Part shown: positions 62,466-64,000 of the stretch, piece after piece
How positions within the stretch are numbered: the stretch's first letter is position 1
How the letters are laid out: every line of letters starts with the position of its first letter
The notes under the pieces: generated by a model
Told to the model about the DNA's origin: nothing
The model's input: the letters and a program-made list of their open reading frames with translations, nothing else
The model's database searches: none
Position numbers and translations under genes: made by a program
Source of the DNA: Gracilinanus agilis
Taxonomy: Eukaryota
DNA length: 64,000 nucleotides
Direction of reading: 5' to 3'
Assembly: GCF_016433145.1 (NCBI RefSeq)
Contig: NC_058131.1
Coordinates: 369,946,454 to 370,010,453, forward strand

Positions 62466-64000
62466 TAGTCCAACTCCCTCATTATAAATGAGAGAAAACT
62501 CAGGCCCAGAGAGGAGATTTGCCTAAAGTTAAAGAATTAGTTAATCACAGGTCTAGGATTAGAATTCAAGGTCTCTGACTTCTATATAAATGTCTTTCTC
62601 TTATAACACCTCTCTGATACAGAAAGAGAAAATAAATTTAATGCCAGAGAAAGTTTGGGATCACAATATAAACCTGACACCGAACAGGAAGCTACCACTT
62701 CTCCAGGGCAACTTCTGATGGGTATTCAGGCAACTATTCTGTCTAACTTCTTATCATTGTCTGCTGTGCCTGCTTCTCATGTCATAAAATTGATGAAGTG
62801 CTTCATAAATCTGAAGATGTTATGTAAACAAGCTATTACTTTTATTATAAAAGTTTCTAGGTTCACTGAGAATAAATCCACACATGACTAGAGCAGTAAT
62901 TATGAGTACTATGGAACAAGGTATTGTACTAGGTGCCACAGAGAACATAGACAATACAGAAGATAACTTTAGCCCTCAAGAAGTTTATGTTCTGTTTGGA
63001 CAGGACCAGTATATAAACAAGGAAGAATCAAAGAACAAAGTAAACACACAAAAATGCAGTCCATTCTAAATACCACAGGGTTCTCCATTTTATACTAGAG
63101 AAAGACACTCTTGAAACATCTTGCAGAAGGTGAATTTTTGTAAATATTTTCACAAGCTTATCTACTGCTTGCTGAAATCGATCAGAAACTAAGAGAAAAG
63201 AGCTCTAAAAATGGAAAGATATGATGTAATTTCTCACTAAACTGATTCACATGCAACACTTCAGGTATCATTTTACAATAAAGCAAGGCAAGCCAGAAAT
63301 ATGTTCATTCCCAACACAGAGATTTCCTTAGATTCTTCTTCCCTATAGGGATAACTTCAATGCACATTACACCATCACTAAAAACAAAAACCATGATTCC
63401 CTTCTTTGGTCCCCTTCCTCTCTAACCCTCTCTCAGCCACTGAAATGCTAACATGGATCATACCCCTCTGCACTTTTGAAGGGAGTTTCATGTTTTACTC
63501 TAATAAGAAGAATCCATTTCCTGGCTGCCAGTATTCTGGTGATGGACCTAAAACTGAGTGAGGCTAGTTCTTGAACACTTAACTACGGGGCATAGTTTTA
63601 AGTCTTCCAAGCACTTTTATGTATTATCTCCTTTTATCCTTATTCTTTCTCTTGTGTTGGGTAGGGCAGGCCCAGTTATACCCATTGAATAGATGATAAA
63701 ATGGAAGTTCACAGAAGTTACATGACTTGCCTTAGGTGACAGAGTAAATTAATGGCAGACCTGAGGCTAGAATTCATGTCTCCTGTCTCCCAGGCTTGGG
63801 CTCTTCTTAATAAATTACGTGGCCAAATGCCTTCATGCAAATCTTGATTTATTCTAATGATTCTGGTGTGAAGTTCTACATGACTTGCTTTCAAAGTTTC
63901 CTACTGAGAAAAACACACATTTCCCCCCCAGGCTCATTTATTCTTGTTCATGTTCTTTCATGAGTTCACCATAGCAGGGATGCTTACTGTTAATTAATGT

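Noticed and set aside
62248-64000. WWC1 exon 8
   Set aside because: No matching frame found; it lies beyond the right edge of the window.

Overview
Marsupial genomic DNA, almost certainly a didelphid opossum such as Monodelphis domestica, judged from SINE1_Mdo-like and Mar1 CORE-SINEs and marsupial L1. It contains one 152-N assembly gap. Two genes lie on the minus strand in the same order recalled for human 5q34. (1) The 3' two-thirds of WWC1/KIBRA: 15 coding exons (human-numbered 9-23, 62247 down to the TGA at 18712), all GT-AG, with a continuous reading frame through the coiled coil, C2 domain, acidic tract, aPKC-binding region and the C-terminal PDZ ligand ADDV. (2) The CpG-island promoter and first two coding exons of RARS1 (cytoplasmic arginyl-tRNA synthetase). 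The rest is mostly transposon-derived: a decayed class I ERV in RARS1 intron 2, two related solo LTRs, two TSD-flanked but internally deleted L1s, a hAT (OposCharlie1-like) non-autonomous DNA transposon, L3/CR1 fragments and many SINEs. I found no prokaryote-type or clearly new biological system. The most interesting observations are splice-site level: a tandemly duplicated in-frame donor after WWC1 exon 18 and a stop-containing upstream acceptor at exon 21. Also notable are a candidate RARS1 uORF and the unusual TE structures. Gene calls and human comparisons rest on recalled protein sequences; TE family names are recalled, not database-verified.
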